Shown in pieces: positions 1-18,998 of a DNA stretch of 64,000 nt. Made by a program: the position numbers and the translations under genes. The stretch lies in sequence record PP813861.1; one strand, 5' to 3'. Each line of letters starts with the position of its first letter. Position 1 is the stretch's first letter. The notes under the pieces were generated by a model. That model did not search any database and was not told where the DNA came from. It saw only the letters and a list, made by a program, of their open reading frames with translations.

Positions 1-247
1 TTAACCGCTTCTCAATAACCGAATGCGATTTGAAACGAGGAACTCGCAAACGCATCCCGTTTACTTCAGCCCATTTGTCTACCCGATCATAGCTAATAAT
101 TCCATCCTTAACCATTACAAAGATAAATCCCTCAACTATGTTGGGGAGACGAACTACGTGTTTCAGAACCATAGTAAACGGAGATAACGTCAGATCAAGT
201 TCAGCTGCCATTTGCTCGTCGAGCTTTTTAGCAGTGTTCTTTGCCAT
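1..247 (-). CDS. Hypothetical protein, 3'-truncated by window edge (MAKNTAKKLDEQMAAELDL...)
   Basis: Manually translated: ATG at 247 after AGGAG RBS; open frame to position 1; not in ORF track. Confidence 0.75.
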   Translation of the reverse strand, partial: MAKNTAKKLDEQMAAELDLTLSPFTMVLKHVVRLPNIVEGFIFVMVKDGIISYDRVDKWAEVNGMRLRVPRFKSHSVIEKRL

Positions 248-286
248 CGGTTATCTCCTAATATACAGATTATTAATTATCGCTAG

Positions 287-769
287 TTATTTAATATCTG
301 CAAAATTCTGATTTACTTTACCCATAAAAATACCATCGGCTCTATCGTCATAATAAAGCTTCCCTGCTTTAGCATTACATAGAACTCCATAAATGTGACC
401 ATTGTAACCATCAAAATTAAATAAAGATGGATTATGCGGTACATGAATGAATCCCATTTTATCGCACAGAAACTTAGCTACAGCAGCCGATCGGCTAATA
501 CCTGCCTCACAGTGTACGAATAGGTGTTGACCCTTACCAAGAGCTTCACAGAAGGAAATAATACGTTGTGCATGCCGATGATCAAATAGATCATAAGAAG
601 AATCAACATAATCCTCAATGTCATCAACATTGATACGTAAATAATTAAGATGTTTTGCTGAATAAAGTGGGACTCTACCTTTCTCCAGTAGACAGATCAT
701 ATTTCTAGGGGAATAAAATGATTCAGCTACATGCAAAGGAATATAAGTAACTGTATTTACTGGTTTCAT
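287..769 (-). CDS. Dual-specificity/tyrosine phosphatase-like protein
   Basis: PTP signature HCEAGISRS (HCxxGxxRS); GAGG RBS. Confidence 0.85.
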   Translation of the reverse strand: MKPVNTVTYIPLHVAESFYSPRNMICLLEKGRVPLYSAKHLNYLRINVDDIEDYVDSSYDLFDHRHAQRIISFCEALGKGQHLFVHCEAGISRSAAVAKFLCDKMGFIHVPHNPSLFNFDGYNGHIYGVLCNAKAGKLYYDDRADGIFMGKVNQNFADIK

Positions 770-797
770 ATTACACCTCGTTACAAAAAAAATAAAA

Positions 798-815
798 GGA
801 GCCCCGAAGGGCTCC
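798..815 (-). terminator. Intrinsic terminator after phuZ
   Basis: GGAGCCC-CGAA-GGGCTCC hairpin with T-tract on minus strand. Confidence 0.8.
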
Positions 816-823
816 AGTATAAG

Positions 824-1807
824 TTAATCGAATACAAGACCACTACTAGTTGCTTGGTCATCCACATCTAGAGTAGACTGACGCTTACGCATATTAGCTT
901 TGGCTCGATTCATCATTTCACGACGTTCTTCTAATCGCTTACGAATATCTTCAATAGATAGGCCATTGATCACAAAATGCATTTGATCGAAATCATATTT
1001 TTCAGGATCAGCATAACCAGTAGTACGAGTTAGAACTGTACTAATTGATACATCGCGATCAGGATCAGTGTATAGTGAAGCAATAGAAATTGGATCCAAA
1101 ATAGCCTGAGCTTCTTGACGATCGAAACACACGTGTAATTGGACAGTCTGTACAGGTACATCATGGTGCTTATGGAAGTGTGCCCAGTTAGTGATATCCA
1201 TTAGATCAAGACTTTGGTGTTCTTGATTAAATAGAATTACTAGTGCATTTAGTACTTCAAGAATGTTTTGGTTCACCATTGATTGCGGTACACCTTCAAC
1301 ATTCTCATGATAGTTAATAATCATCGGAACTTTACTAACAGAGGAAACCCCTTCAAACGTCTTAAGGCTACCACTACTATTTCGAAGACTAATATCACTG
1401 TCGTAAGATCCAATGACCACACTTACAACTACTTCACCTTGTTGTTGTAGATGACTGACAAGGGAAGGACCAATAGTTGAACCAGAAGCACCACCCATTG
1501 AATACACTACAATGTTAGCATCCCCTGCTGGGAAATGATGGGCAATGGCAGGAATATGTGCAGAGATTAGTTCTGCGGCTGCCTTACGATCTTTACCCAT
1601 ACCGATAGCACGTTTACGTGCAGTCTGGTCAGCTAGCTTAGTATCCGCTTCAATAATGATCGTATTATCGTCAGTATTGTGTTTGTGTTTATTCTGTACA
1701 CTGGTATCAATGTAGCAAACATCCTCATGATAACCATGGAATAGTTCACCAATACGGAAACCAGCACCACCACAAAAGTAAATTCGAGTTTTTACTTTAG
1801 ACATCAT
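824..1807 (-). CDS. phuZ: Phage tubulin PhuZ (phiKZ gp39-like), spindle for the phage nucleus
   Basis: GGAGFRIG N-terminal loop, tubulin signature GGASGSTIG, C-terminal tail ...SSGLVFD; recognised as near-identical to phiKZ PhuZ/TubZ. Confidence 0.97.
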   Translation of the reverse strand: MMSKVKTRIYFCGGAGFRIGELFHGYHEDVCYIDTSVQNKHKHNTDDNTIIIEADTKLADQTARKRAIGMGKDRKAAAELISAHIPAIAHHFPAGDANIVVYSMGGASGSTIGPSLVSHLQQQGEVVVSVVIGSYDSDISLRNSSGSLKTFEGVSSVSKVPMIINYHENVEGVPQSMVNQNILEVLNALVILFNQEHQSLDLMDITNWAHFHKHHDVPVQTVQLHVCFDRQEAQAILDPISIASLYTDPDRDVSISTVLTRTTGYADPEKYDFDQMHFVINGLSIEDIRKRLEERREMMNRAKANMRKRQSTLDVDDQATSSGLVFD

Positions 1808-1857
1808 TACACCTCATTGTGATTAATATAATTTCATATACCAACTTGTAAATGGTA

Positions 1858-2370
1858 TTAGTGCTTAAAAGTAACGATCTCTTCATGAGTTCGTTCTTGA
1901 TGAACAATTAATTCATTAACCACTTTACCAATATCTGATTTAAATTCGATTACCATCTTATCTCGACACATGTATGTTTGCCAAGTACCACCAGACTTAA
2001 CACAATCAATAATCATGTTAAGTACATTCTTAACTTCAATCTTACTAACTTTATAACGATAAACGTTTAGAAGTTCAGTAAGCCATTTCGTTTTTGGGAT
2101 TTTGGCATTTTTACGTTCTTTTGAAATATCAAAAGGAATTAGTGCAATGATCTCACCATCTTTGTTGGTGAATTCAAATACCATTCCTTTTGAGTTAGCT
2201 AAAGGACGAATGTTGTAATTGCCTTTAGCACTACATACTTCTTCAGATAACTTAACTAACCTATCTAGTTGAACATCAGATGCATGAATGTTATCTTCTT
2301 TAAATGCTTTCTTTAGTTCATCATGAGTTAGTGGAGTACGTACTAGAGTGTAATCTTTCTGTTCAGACAT
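1858..2370 (-). CDS. Hypothetical protein (gp38 position)
   Basis: 170-aa ORF, co-oriented, syntenic between dip and phuZ. Confidence 0.8.
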   Translation of the reverse strand: MSEQKDYTLVRTPLTHDELKKAFKEDNIHASDVQLDRLVKLSEEVCSAKGNYNIRPLANSKGMVFEFTNKDGEIIALIPFDISKERKNAKIPKTKWLTELLNVYRYKVSKIEVKNVLNMIIDCVKSGGTWQTYMCRDKMVIEFKSDIGKVVNELIVHQERTHEEIVTFKH

Positions 2371-2617
2371 TTTTCATTTTTTCCAATTTTTCTATTTTCA
2401 AATTAAACGGTATTGGCTCTTTATAGCCAATCCCTTATTACTAAAAGTATTAGATTCTCGAACTAAGGATAGGTTATACCCCATCTCTAATAATAAGGAA
2501 TATTATATGGGACCCCCCCAAAGGGTCCCCCCCACATAATATACTATTTATATAATTTTCTTTTTAGAAGAAAAGAGATAAATAAGAGAAATACAGTCTA
2601 TTAAAGTAATGAATTTC

Positions 2618-3439
2618 TCAAAAATTAAATAGTACACCGCCCACAAATTTCGCCGGAAGGTCCTGCCGGACAACTGTCCGGATGTGCGAGAGTAGTGGGT
2701 TTTTCAAAAATACCTGCATTGCAGTTGAATTGAGTGGTTGATTGTAACGTACGATCTTAATGGTAAATAGAACTTCCTCAACATCTGGATGGCATCCTTC
2801 AAAACTAAAATATACTTCAGTCCGATCAATAAACTGATACATTTCTACAGCTGGTTCAGCTGGATCTTTAAAGGCCAACTTATTAGCGAAATAATCAGTA
2901 TAGGCTAGAATTAATTCTTTTACATTATTTGCATTCTTCTTATCAACAAGGAATTCAAACTCTTCAAGGTTATCTGTTTTGAAAATACCTTGATAGGATG
3001 ACGACTTGATTAGTTTATCACTGATATCATCAACATGAACACCTGGCATAAATTCAATGACTGGTAGAATAAGCTTGTTACCTCCTACGCCATCAGCTAT
3101 ATGAATGCCAACCACATTACCATCACTAATGTATTCGTCATTACCGCAAATAACGGCACCAGCCGCTAGATATAAATTATCAACATATTTCAGATTATCG
3201 GCAATAATGCGAGATAGTACATATTCTCGCACCATGGCATCATCTGGACTTGACTGCGGTTTAAAAGTATAGTGGGTGTTATGACTACTCATGGTCGCAC
3301 ATGTAACAAAAACTGAAATATCTACTGGATTAAATACCCAATGAACGGAGATATCCTCTAATTTATGTGGATGATGTAAACCATCTAGCTTAGATAGGGC
3401 TTGGAGTTGTTCTTCCCAGGTGATGTTAAATTGAGTCAT
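2618..3439 (-). CDS. dip: Dip, degradosome-interacting protein (RNase E inhibitor; phiKZ gp37)
   Basis: Recognised sequence MTQFNITWEEQLQALSKLDGLHHPHKL...GGVLFNF; start moved to MTQFN (273 aa) after AGG RBS. Confidence 0.92.
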   Translation of the reverse strand: MTQFNITWEEQLQALSKLDGLHHPHKLEDISVHWVFNPVDISVFVTCATMSSHNTHYTFKPQSSPDDAMVREYVLSRIIADNLKYVDNLYLAAGAVICGNDEYISDGNVVGIHIADGVGGNKLILPVIEFMPGVHVDDISDKLIKSSSYQGIFKTDNLEEFEFLVDKKNANNVKELILAYTDYFANKLAFKDPAEPAVEMYQFIDRTEVYFSFEGCHPDVEEVLFTIKIVRYNQPLNSTAMQVFLKNPLLSHIRTVVRQDLPAKFVGGVLFNF

Positions 3440-3475
3440 TTTTTCTAACCTCTTCATTTATTAAAAATAATACAC

Positions 3476-4291
3476 TTATTTTACTTTAGCAGTTGATACT
3501 TCACATACATTAACTAATTGTTCAAATAACGGTTCATTATCTGGATCATTAACTAATTTTGATGTATTAATAATAATACCAGAATACAGCATATCAGCTG
3601 CATCTCGATCACTTGTTTTAATTCTGGTTACACCTTCCCACTTCCATCCATAGTAAATTAAATCAAATGATGAACCAATGTTAAAGGTTGATTGAATAAA
3701 TTTGCATGTACCATTTTCTTTTAACCAATCAGGCCTATATGGTTCATTTTTATAAAATTCATGCATGAGTACTTTAAAATCAGTTTTAATGTTTTCATGA
3801 ATAATGCAATCAATAGAATTAAGAGCTTCATCAAGAGCTGATTTAGACTCAATAATGATTTCTGATACATTGGCAGATTTTAGTGTAATCATGCCTAGTT
3901 CATCTGAGTGTGCTCTTCCGATTTGAAATACATTGAGCTTACCAATTGGTAAGGTGGCTTTTAATGGCAGATTAGTATAGTGAGATACATCGCTTTTATA
4001 ACTGTCTTCATATGACTCAATTAAATTAAGCCATGCTCTTTCAATACGTGTATTCTCAAAATGCTGTTCTTCTTCTAGTAGTCTAGAAATTAGATGATTA
4101 ATGTATTGAACATTATGGCCAGTACCTGTAATTAAATTATATTTCGTATTACCGGTAATTCCCCATTTATTATTTTCTTTATTTATCCAACCGTAGATTA
4201 CACTGTTTTTAGGATACTTATTTTTAAAATTATCGTATATTTCTTTTAGATGTGGATTAGGGGTAAAACTAAAAGTAGTTGATTCAGTCAT
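3476..4291 (-). CDS. Hypothetical early protein (gp36 position)
   Basis: 271-aa ORF directly downstream of TATATTAC early promoter. Confidence 0.8.
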   Translation of the reverse strand: MTESTTFSFTPNPHLKEIYDNFKNKYPKNSVIYGWINKENNKWGITGNTKYNLITGTGHNVQYINHLISRLLEEEQHFENTRIERAWLNLIESYEDSYKSDVSHYTNLPLKATLPIGKLNVFQIGRAHSDELGMITLKSANVSEIIIESKSALDEALNSIDCIIHENIKTDFKVLMHEFYKNEPYRPDWLKENGTCKFIQSTFNIGSSFDLIYYGWKWEGVTRIKTSDRDAADMLYSGIIINTSKLVNDPDNEPLFEQLVNVCEVSTAKVK

Positions 4292-4331
4292 TATAGATAC
4301 CTATTTGAATATTGTTTATTATTGCAAATAT

Positions 4332-4339
4332 GTAATATA
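4332..4339 (-). promoter_or_regulatory. Early (virion RNAP) promoter TATATTAC
   Basis: Exact match to phiKZ early consensus, just past a terminator and upstream of a gene. Confidence 0.75.
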
Positions 4340-4369
4340 GATCTTAAACTTTTTTTAACTCAGTATAAA

Positions 4370-4387
4370 GCCTCCCCTAGGGGAGGC
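4370..4387 (-). terminator. Intrinsic terminator
   Basis: GCCTCCC-CTAG-GGGAGGC hairpin followed by TTTATA on minus strand. Confidence 0.8.
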
Positions 4388-4394
4388 AATATGT

Positions 4395-5210
4395 TCATTT
4401 ATCTATTTCAGCGTTTGGATCATACCAAGGTAATAAACTTAGTAATGCCGGTTGTTGTTTCTTCATATCCTCTAAGATTGTTGCTTCACTTGCACCTTCT
4501 AACATAGTGGTGAAAGTAATCATGTTCTTAGAGTTATATATCGGACGTAGACCATTACCAAAGAATTTTACCTGTTGAACCATTATTTTGAAATCAGGGT
4601 TATCGACTACATCTGGGATATAGATAGCAGGTGGCGCACTGAAATAACGTTTAATTAACTCAATAGCCCAATACGTTGGTAAATCACCAAACTGTGATTT
4701 CACTGTAGCTAGGTTTAATTGGAATGCTTTAGGTTCTTCAGGCGGTGGTTCCACCGGATCAACTGGATCAGTGGGTTCTTCAGGGTCAGTAGGTTCAGTT
4801 GGCTCTTCAGGATCCTCTGGATCGCCTTCTGTTGGCTTTTCTTCAGATGTGCCACCATCAGGGTCACTTGAACCATCATCATCTTCAATGGGCTCCTCAG
4901 GCGGTTCTATAGGATCTTTCGGATCTTCCTGATTCTCCGATAGATCGGGCTCTTCTGGTTCCCCATCTCCATTTGCTTCAGTAGAAGACGTGTCTTCTGA
5001 TTCTTCATCTGTTGTCGAGTCAGTTGTGGTTGTGTTTTCTGAATCGGCAGTGGTATTTTCATTTTCACTTGATTCAGTAGAAACAATTTCAGTAGGAGTG
5101 GTTTCAAGTTCATTGACACTATCCTCTGCATTAGTTACTTCATTAGGGATTTCACTAATTTCTGATAATGTTACCGGTGCACTTACTGCGCGAGCTTTTC
5201 GTTTAGCCAT
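4395..5210 (-). CDS. Virion protein with long acidic Pro/Glu linker (gp35-like, capsid vertex decoration)
   Basis: Basic N-terminus, T/S/E-rich then PEEP/DP repeats, folded C-terminal domain; synteny with phiKZ gp35. Confidence 0.7.
   Translation of the reverse strand: MAKRKARAVSAPVTLSEISEIPNEVTNAEDSVNELETTPTEIVSTESSENENTTADSENTTTTDSTTDEESEDTSSTEANGDGEPEEPDLSENQEDPKDPIEPPEEPIEDDDGSSDPDGGTSEEKPTEGDPEDPEEPTEPTDPEEPTDPVDPVEPPPEEPKAFQLNLATVKSQFGDLPTYWAIELIKRYFSAPPAIYIPDVVDNPDFKIMVQQVKFFGNGLRPIYNSKNMITFTTMLEGASEATILEDMKKQQPALLSLLPWYDPNAEIDK
4735..4960 (-). repeat. Imperfect coding tandem repeats (EP-T-DP-EE units)
   Basis: Protein EDPEEPTEPTDPEEPTDPVDPVEPPPEEP; recurring ggttc/ggatc units in DNA. 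Confidence 0.7.
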
Positions 5211-5219
5211 GGTTGTACC

Positions 5220-5999
<780 letters not shown>

Positions 6000-6056
6000 C
6001 TACAATTATATTTGAGTTATTGTACTACAGATGATAAAAGAGAAAATACATCATAA

Positions 6057-6078
6057 GCCCTCTCCTTATGGAGAGGGC
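6057..6078 (-). terminator. Intrinsic terminator
   Basis: GCCCTCTCC-TTAT-GGAGAGGGC hairpin. Confidence 0.75.
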
Positions 6079-6085
6079 ATTATAT

Positions 6086-6289
6086 TTACATAGTGTTAAA
6101 ACACGCATTAAATTTAGATAATGAGCAACCAGTATAAATTAATGATTGCTCTAGTTGTATGATGACATCGCCATTACTATCAAAATCAGCAGCAATAAAA
6201 GTAGATTCAGTTATCTTAAAAGTAGATGGTAGCATTTCTAAATAATTGAATATTGCTTGATTATCGATGTCATGAGGATTTAAATCCAT
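6086..6289 (-). CDS. Small hypothetical protein (67 aa)
   Basis: AGG RBS, fills gap between upstream gene and terminator. Confidence 0.7.
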   Translation of the reverse strand: MDLNPHDIDNQAIFNYLEMLPSTFKITESTFIAADFDSNGDVIIQLEQSLIYTGCSLSKFNACFNTM

Positions 6290-6296
6290 ATGTTAC

Positions 6297-7166
6297 CTAT
6301 ACATAGATAGTTATGGACCAAATATTAACAGGACTACATAAGACAATTGTGATTAAATCTCCATGAGTTCTCTGATAATGATTGGAACACATAACTTTGA
6401 TTAACTTTAATTTTTTAGTTTCTTTATTTTGAATTTCTTTGATAAGTGATTCAATAAGATCAGTAGTAATAAGTGAATGACCATCAATAAATGGTTTTAT
6501 ACTTACTAGCGAATCTTTGTTAAATAGAATTGCATCATCATATTCACATGTAGATACGGTCTTGTATATGGATGCAACTTTATTAACTTTGTCATTAGTG
6601 ACTATAGAAAAATTAAATTCATTCTTAGTTTTACTTAACGATGTTTCAAATAATTTATATTTATCAATAATAGTTTTATTATCAATAAATGATTTCATTC
6701 CAATATTTAAATCTATGTCCAGGGTATAAGAATTATGTATTAATCCAACTGCTAGTTGAGTTTCATTACCACTATTGTTAAACTTAATATTATTAACTGA
6801 ACATATCTGATTATTAATAAACGATAATAATAGTTTAGAAATAGTTTTAATAACATTAACTTCATAATCATTATTAGTACAAGCAAGTGCAGTTGTCATG
6901 TATCGACTAACTTGACCAACATCTAGTTTCTGATAGGGATTATCACTATCTATCCATGGGTCAATAGTTAAATTAATCCTTAGACTAGCTAGAATATCAG
7001 AAGATGTTTCAGAATAAATGAAAAACACATTATTGTTAAGATCATCTTTTAGCCAACCACTAGTTCTAAGATTTTCTAGATCTTTTTCATTAGATACCGA
7101 TTGACTTAATTGCTGAATTAAACTAGGGTTAGCTAGGTTTAATAAACTAATCATTTTATAAACCAT
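6297..7166 (-). CDS. Hypothetical protein (gp33 position)
   Basis: 289-aa ORF, GAGG RBS. Confidence 0.8.
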   Translation of the reverse strand: MVYKMISLLNLANPSLIQQLSQSVSNEKDLENLRTSGWLKDDLNNNVFFIYSETSSDILASLRINLTIDPWIDSDNPYQKLDVGQVSRYMTTALACTNNDYEVNVIKTISKLLLSFINNQICSVNNIKFNNSGNETQLAVGLIHNSYTLDIDLNIGMKSFIDNKTIIDKYKLFETSLSKTKNEFNFSIVTNDKVNKVASIYKTVSTCEYDDAILFNKDSLVSIKPFIDGHSLITTDLIESLIKEIQNKETKKLKLIKVMCSNHYQRTHGDLITIVLCSPVNIWSITIYV

Positions 7167-7255
7167 TTTATTATCCTCTAATTTATGTAATTACATGGAA
7201 TAAATAACATAAGTACTTTTATGACTTATGATTTGATTCTCCAGGAGGTTTACCC

Positions 7256-8494
7256 ATGGCAACTATTAAAGAAGTCCTTGATAGAAATTTTAAGGATGTT
7301 CAATTTGATCGCGATTTATGTAAAAGAATTATTGATTTCACTATTAGTTTTATGAATAGGAATGCTGACCACTCTGCTTTCTTTGGTGGTGTATTGCTAG
7401 GTGTCCAACAAGTTAAATTTTTTGATACAGATCGTGAGATTTGGTATGATGATGTTTTACGAATCGATGAAGCATTGCTAGTCCAAGATTTTAAATCAGT
7501 TGAATTCATTGACCCCAACCATCGAGTAATGTCAGATGTATTTAACCATCTACCGGCATATATTTGCTCTAGGCTTTTAAAAACAACTAATGTTCCTTTG
7601 AATATTAGACATGAAGCAATGGTTAGTTGTTTTATGGTATTGCATTTTAAATATCTAACATCTTTACTTGTACCACGCTTTAAATATCCTGCACGTAAAG
7701 AAGTAGCCGAAGCTGCATTCGCCGCGCTTAATTATCGATTTGACATTAAGACAATTGGGTCATGGGAGAAACTATTTAGGCAACGGGCCGAAGGTATTAT
7801 TGCACCTGATTCTATTTATGCACCTTTCTTAACTGGTAAAACACAAGAACTGGATTATTGGTCTGGCCGTGTGGTATCTGATACTCAAACACGTCTACGT
7901 GAATTAATCAACAAGTACTATGATGTTTATATCAGAACACTGCAATCAGGTGGTAAATTAGTTATTTCATCAGACATGGCTGTCAATTCCGATGGTGAAC
8001 AGATTCTACGTGATAAGTCTACCGGGTATCGTTCATATCTTACTTACATCCATCAAGTTGCGCAACAAGAACAAAATTTCATTAGACCTGAGCTAGTTGG
8101 TATTATTGAAAAGATAATGCCCACAATGCCACCAGAAATGTTCATGGCGACACTTAGACACCTTTCCCGTAACATCGGCCAACCTAGGGCACAAAAGCTT
8201 GAGAAACTCGTGGATGAGTGCTTACTGTATGCTTTCGATTATATGCAGTCATTACGTACAATGGTTGCTAGAAATAATGATCTACAAACATTGCTTGTAA
8301 AAATACGAGCAAAGATAATGGCATCTAAAACAGAAAATGCTCAAGTTATTTTCATGCGTGAAGAAGGTGAGAAGTTAGTTAGGAATGCGACTAATTCTAG
8401 GGTACCTGCATATATCGCGGCAACTAGGACTGGGTTGATGTTGTATTTAATTCTACGTGCTATGACTAAGAATTACTATACAAAAACAAAATAA
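7256..8494 (+). CDS. Conserved virion structural protein (gp32-like)
   Basis: 412-aa ORF, AGGAGG RBS, upstream TATG late-type motifs; synteny. Confidence 0.8.
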   Translation: MATIKEVLDRNFKDVQFDRDLCKRIIDFTISFMNRNADHSAFFGGVLLGVQQVKFFDTDREIWYDDVLRIDEALLVQDFKSVEFIDPNHRVMSDVFNHLPAYICSRLLKTTNVPLNIRHEAMVSCFMVLHFKYLTSLLVPRFKYPARKEVAEAAFAALNYRFDIKTIGSWEKLFRQRAEGIIAPDSIYAPFLTGKTQELDYWSGRVVSDTQTRLRELINKYYDVYIRTLQSGGKLVISSDMAVNSDGEQILRDKSTGYRSYLTYIHQVAQQEQNFIRPELVGIIEKIMPTMPPEMFMATLRHLSRNIGQPRAQKLEKLVDECLLYAFDYMQSLRTMVARNNDLQTLLVKIRAKIMASKTENAQVIFMREEGEKLVRNATNSRVPAYIAATRTGLMLYLILRAMTKNYYTKTK

Positions 8495-8501
8495 ACATAA
8501 T

Positions 8502-8522
8502 GCCCTCCCGTAATGGGAGGGC
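8502..8522. terminator. Bidirectional terminator between convergent genes
   Basis: GCCCTCCC-GTAAT-GGGAGGGC. Confidence 0.8.
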
Positions 8523-8540
8523 TTATGCTGTTAAGTAACA

Positions 8541-8903
8541 TCAGCTAGATTGATCATTACATAAATTTTTCAGAGCATCGTAAATAGCCACATAAGTAAA
8601 AATAGTTAAACTATCTTTAATTTCCTTACGTGGGGTGCCACTGAATCCACCCCATGATACATTTGTATTACTAACACATACAGTGCTAATAGCTGGCTCA
8701 TGATAGCCACCATCTACTTTACGCTTTGCATAAACCTTAGCCGTAATTTCTCCACGTAACTTTTTGAAGAAAACTAGAGCACCCGGAACGACTATACGTT
8801 TATTACCAATCTTCGTAATAAATTCTTTACGATTAGTAAAGTGCTCTTTTAATAAATCATTAATAATTTTAGTTAAACTATCAATTTCATTCTTCATCGA
8901 CAC
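8541..8903 (-). CDS. Hypothetical protein
   Basis: 120-aa ORF overlapping upstream stop; start may be the second Met. Confidence 0.7.
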   Translation of the reverse strand: MSMKNEIDSLTKIINDLLKEHFTNRKEFITKIGNKRIVVPGALVFFKKLRGEITAKVYAKRKVDGGYHEPAISTVCVSNTNVSWGGFSGTPRKEIKDSLTIFTYVAIYDALKNLCNDQSS

Positions 8904-10090
8904 GTTGTTAGTTCCTTACAAATAAACTTGATAACGTGATCACTTACAAATTTCAATGGACCAGAACAATTAGATTTCTCAATAGCGGTTTCAGTGTATG
9001 AAATTATTTGATTTCCACTTAAGGATAATGAATCAAATAATTCATAAGAGTTATTATTTTTATTCTTAAAGGATACTGCATATTGACTATTTTCACTATT
9101 GATGCAAAATAGGTTAATAGCTGGGATAGATACAGAGTTATCTGAAGTATGGCTATTTTCCGTAATATTCCAATTACTGTATACAGTGAAAATATTTGCA
9201 GCTAGTAAAAGGTTGGCATTAACCGTTTCTAAACTAACATACTCCACAGAAGTACCTTTATGCCAATATAGTTCAATTGGATTAACCCAAGTATACCCAA
9301 TGGTTTTATAGAAGGCATGCATTACATATTCTCGCCAACGTGTGGGTTTCTTATTATCAGTTAAAACACACGTAATATTGCCTGACGGATAAATGTGGTG
9401 GATGCTACATGCATTAATTTCATCTCTAACATTAGTTGTTTCAGTAATATTAGAATGATCCTGTTTGAATAGCCATTTTAAATGACTATTAGTTGTGTCA
9501 TCACCTTCCCCATTTGCAATGTCATTTTCTAACCACTTTTCAAATGTAGCTTGTCTATCAGGTGTTGGCATTCCCCAATAGGTAGCTAAAATGAAACGAT
9601 AATAGTATCGAATAATATCATCATCGTTAAGAATATTTTTATCCAGTTTCCAGTGATGTTGATACTCGTATACTTCGCTTGGAATATTATTTACTTGATA
9701 CCATGTATTAATTAATACTTGAATTGTTAATTGCCGAATACTCTCACTTGTTAGAGTGTAATATTCCCTGCTATGCGGCTCTTCAATTGTCACTTCTTGA
9801 TCAGTATAACCAATGTATTTAGGTTTACCATCGATGAGTGCAAAATTAACATTCCATGATGTATCATTACTAAAAGTGATATTAATAAAACCTTGTTCAA
9901 AGCTAGGCTTCACTACGAAACTGACATCATCCTTCTGATATGTCATTTGCGTTAGAATACCAAAATTAATTTTAGATGTAAATTCTTTATCGAAGTTATG
10001 TTTATAAAGTAATCCTAGTAAACAATCAATTTTATTAATAGTGTGGTTTTCTAATAATAAATCAGTATTTGTAAGTTCATTAATTTTCAT
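8894..10090 (-). CDS. Hypothetical early protein (gp31 position)
   Basis: 398-aa ORF, GAGG RBS, downstream of TATATTAC. Confidence 0.8.
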   Translation of the reverse strand: MKINELTNTDLLLENHTINKIDCLLGLLYKHNFDKEFTSKINFGILTQMTYQKDDVSFVVKPSFEQGFINITFSNDTSWNVNFALIDGKPKYIGYTDQEVTIEEPHSREYYTLTSESIRQLTIQVLINTWYQVNNIPSEVYEYQHHWKLDKNILNDDDIIRYYYRFILATYWGMPTPDRQATFEKWLENDIANGEGDDTTNSHLKWLFKQDHSNITETTNVRDEINACSIHHIYPSGNITCVLTDNKKPTRWREYVMHAFYKTIGYTWVNPIELYWHKGTSVEYVSLETVNANLLLAANIFTVYSNWNITENSHTSDNSVSIPAINLFCINSENSQYAVSFKNKNNNSYELFDSLSLSGNQIISYTETAIEKSNCSGPLKFVSDHVIKFICKELTTCR

Positions 10091-10143
10091 TTTAACCTCT
10101 CTAAAATTTACAATCTAGTTTTACTTATTGAATAAGCAAACAT

Positions 10144-10151
10144 GTAATATA
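10144..10151 (-). promoter_or_regulatory. Early promoter TATATTAC
   Basis: Exact consensus match between terminator and gene start. Confidence 0.75.
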
Positions 10152-10191
10152 TATCTTAATTATTTTTTAGCATAGTTTTTAACAACATAAA

Positions 10192-10209
10192 GCCTCCCCG
10201 AAGGGAGGC
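10192..10209 (-). terminator. Terminator of tail operon
   Basis: GCCTCCC-CGAA-GGGAGGC (UUCG loop on minus strand). Confidence 0.8.
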
Positions 10210-10217
10210 GATATGCT

Positions 10218-10399
10218 TTAGCTTTTTTGGTTAGTACCGACAGTCTGCTCATTCTTTTCAGTTTGAGCATTTCGCCGAAGTTGACTAACCAGACCATTGC
10301 CAGCCGCAACTACATCGGGAGAAAAGAATGCATTGATATCAAAGTTCTGATCTTGGTTGCGAGTCTTCCCAGGTGGGACCATCGGATATACTTTTGCCA

Positions 10400-10400
<1 letters not shown>
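10218..10400 (-). CDS. Small protein coupled to tail tube gene (60 aa)
   Basis: TAATG overlap with the tube stop codon; ends just before terminator. Confidence 0.7.
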
Positions 10401-11284
<884 letters not shown>

Positions 11285-11312
11285 ACTTTTCCTCATTCTG
11301 AAAGCCACCCAC

Positions 11313-13495
<2,183 letters not shown>

Positions 13496-13528
13496 TATTT
13501 TTTACTATCCATTTAAGGAGTAGCGGTA

Positions 13529-18859
<5,331 letters not shown>

Positions 18860-18866
18860 ATATACT

Positions 18867-18891
18867 GCCCCCTAGGAACCACCTAGGGGGC
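18867..18891 (+). terminator. Intrinsic terminator
   Basis: GCCCCCTAGG-AACCA-CCTAGGGGGC-TTTAT. Confidence 0.8.
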
Positions 18892-18998
18892 TTTATAACG
18901 TCTTTTAACACATTATCCATATGAGACTATACTTTACAATTGCCGTTCAATACGGCTTTATTATGGCACATTAAAATAAGTACCTTAAAGGGCAGTGT

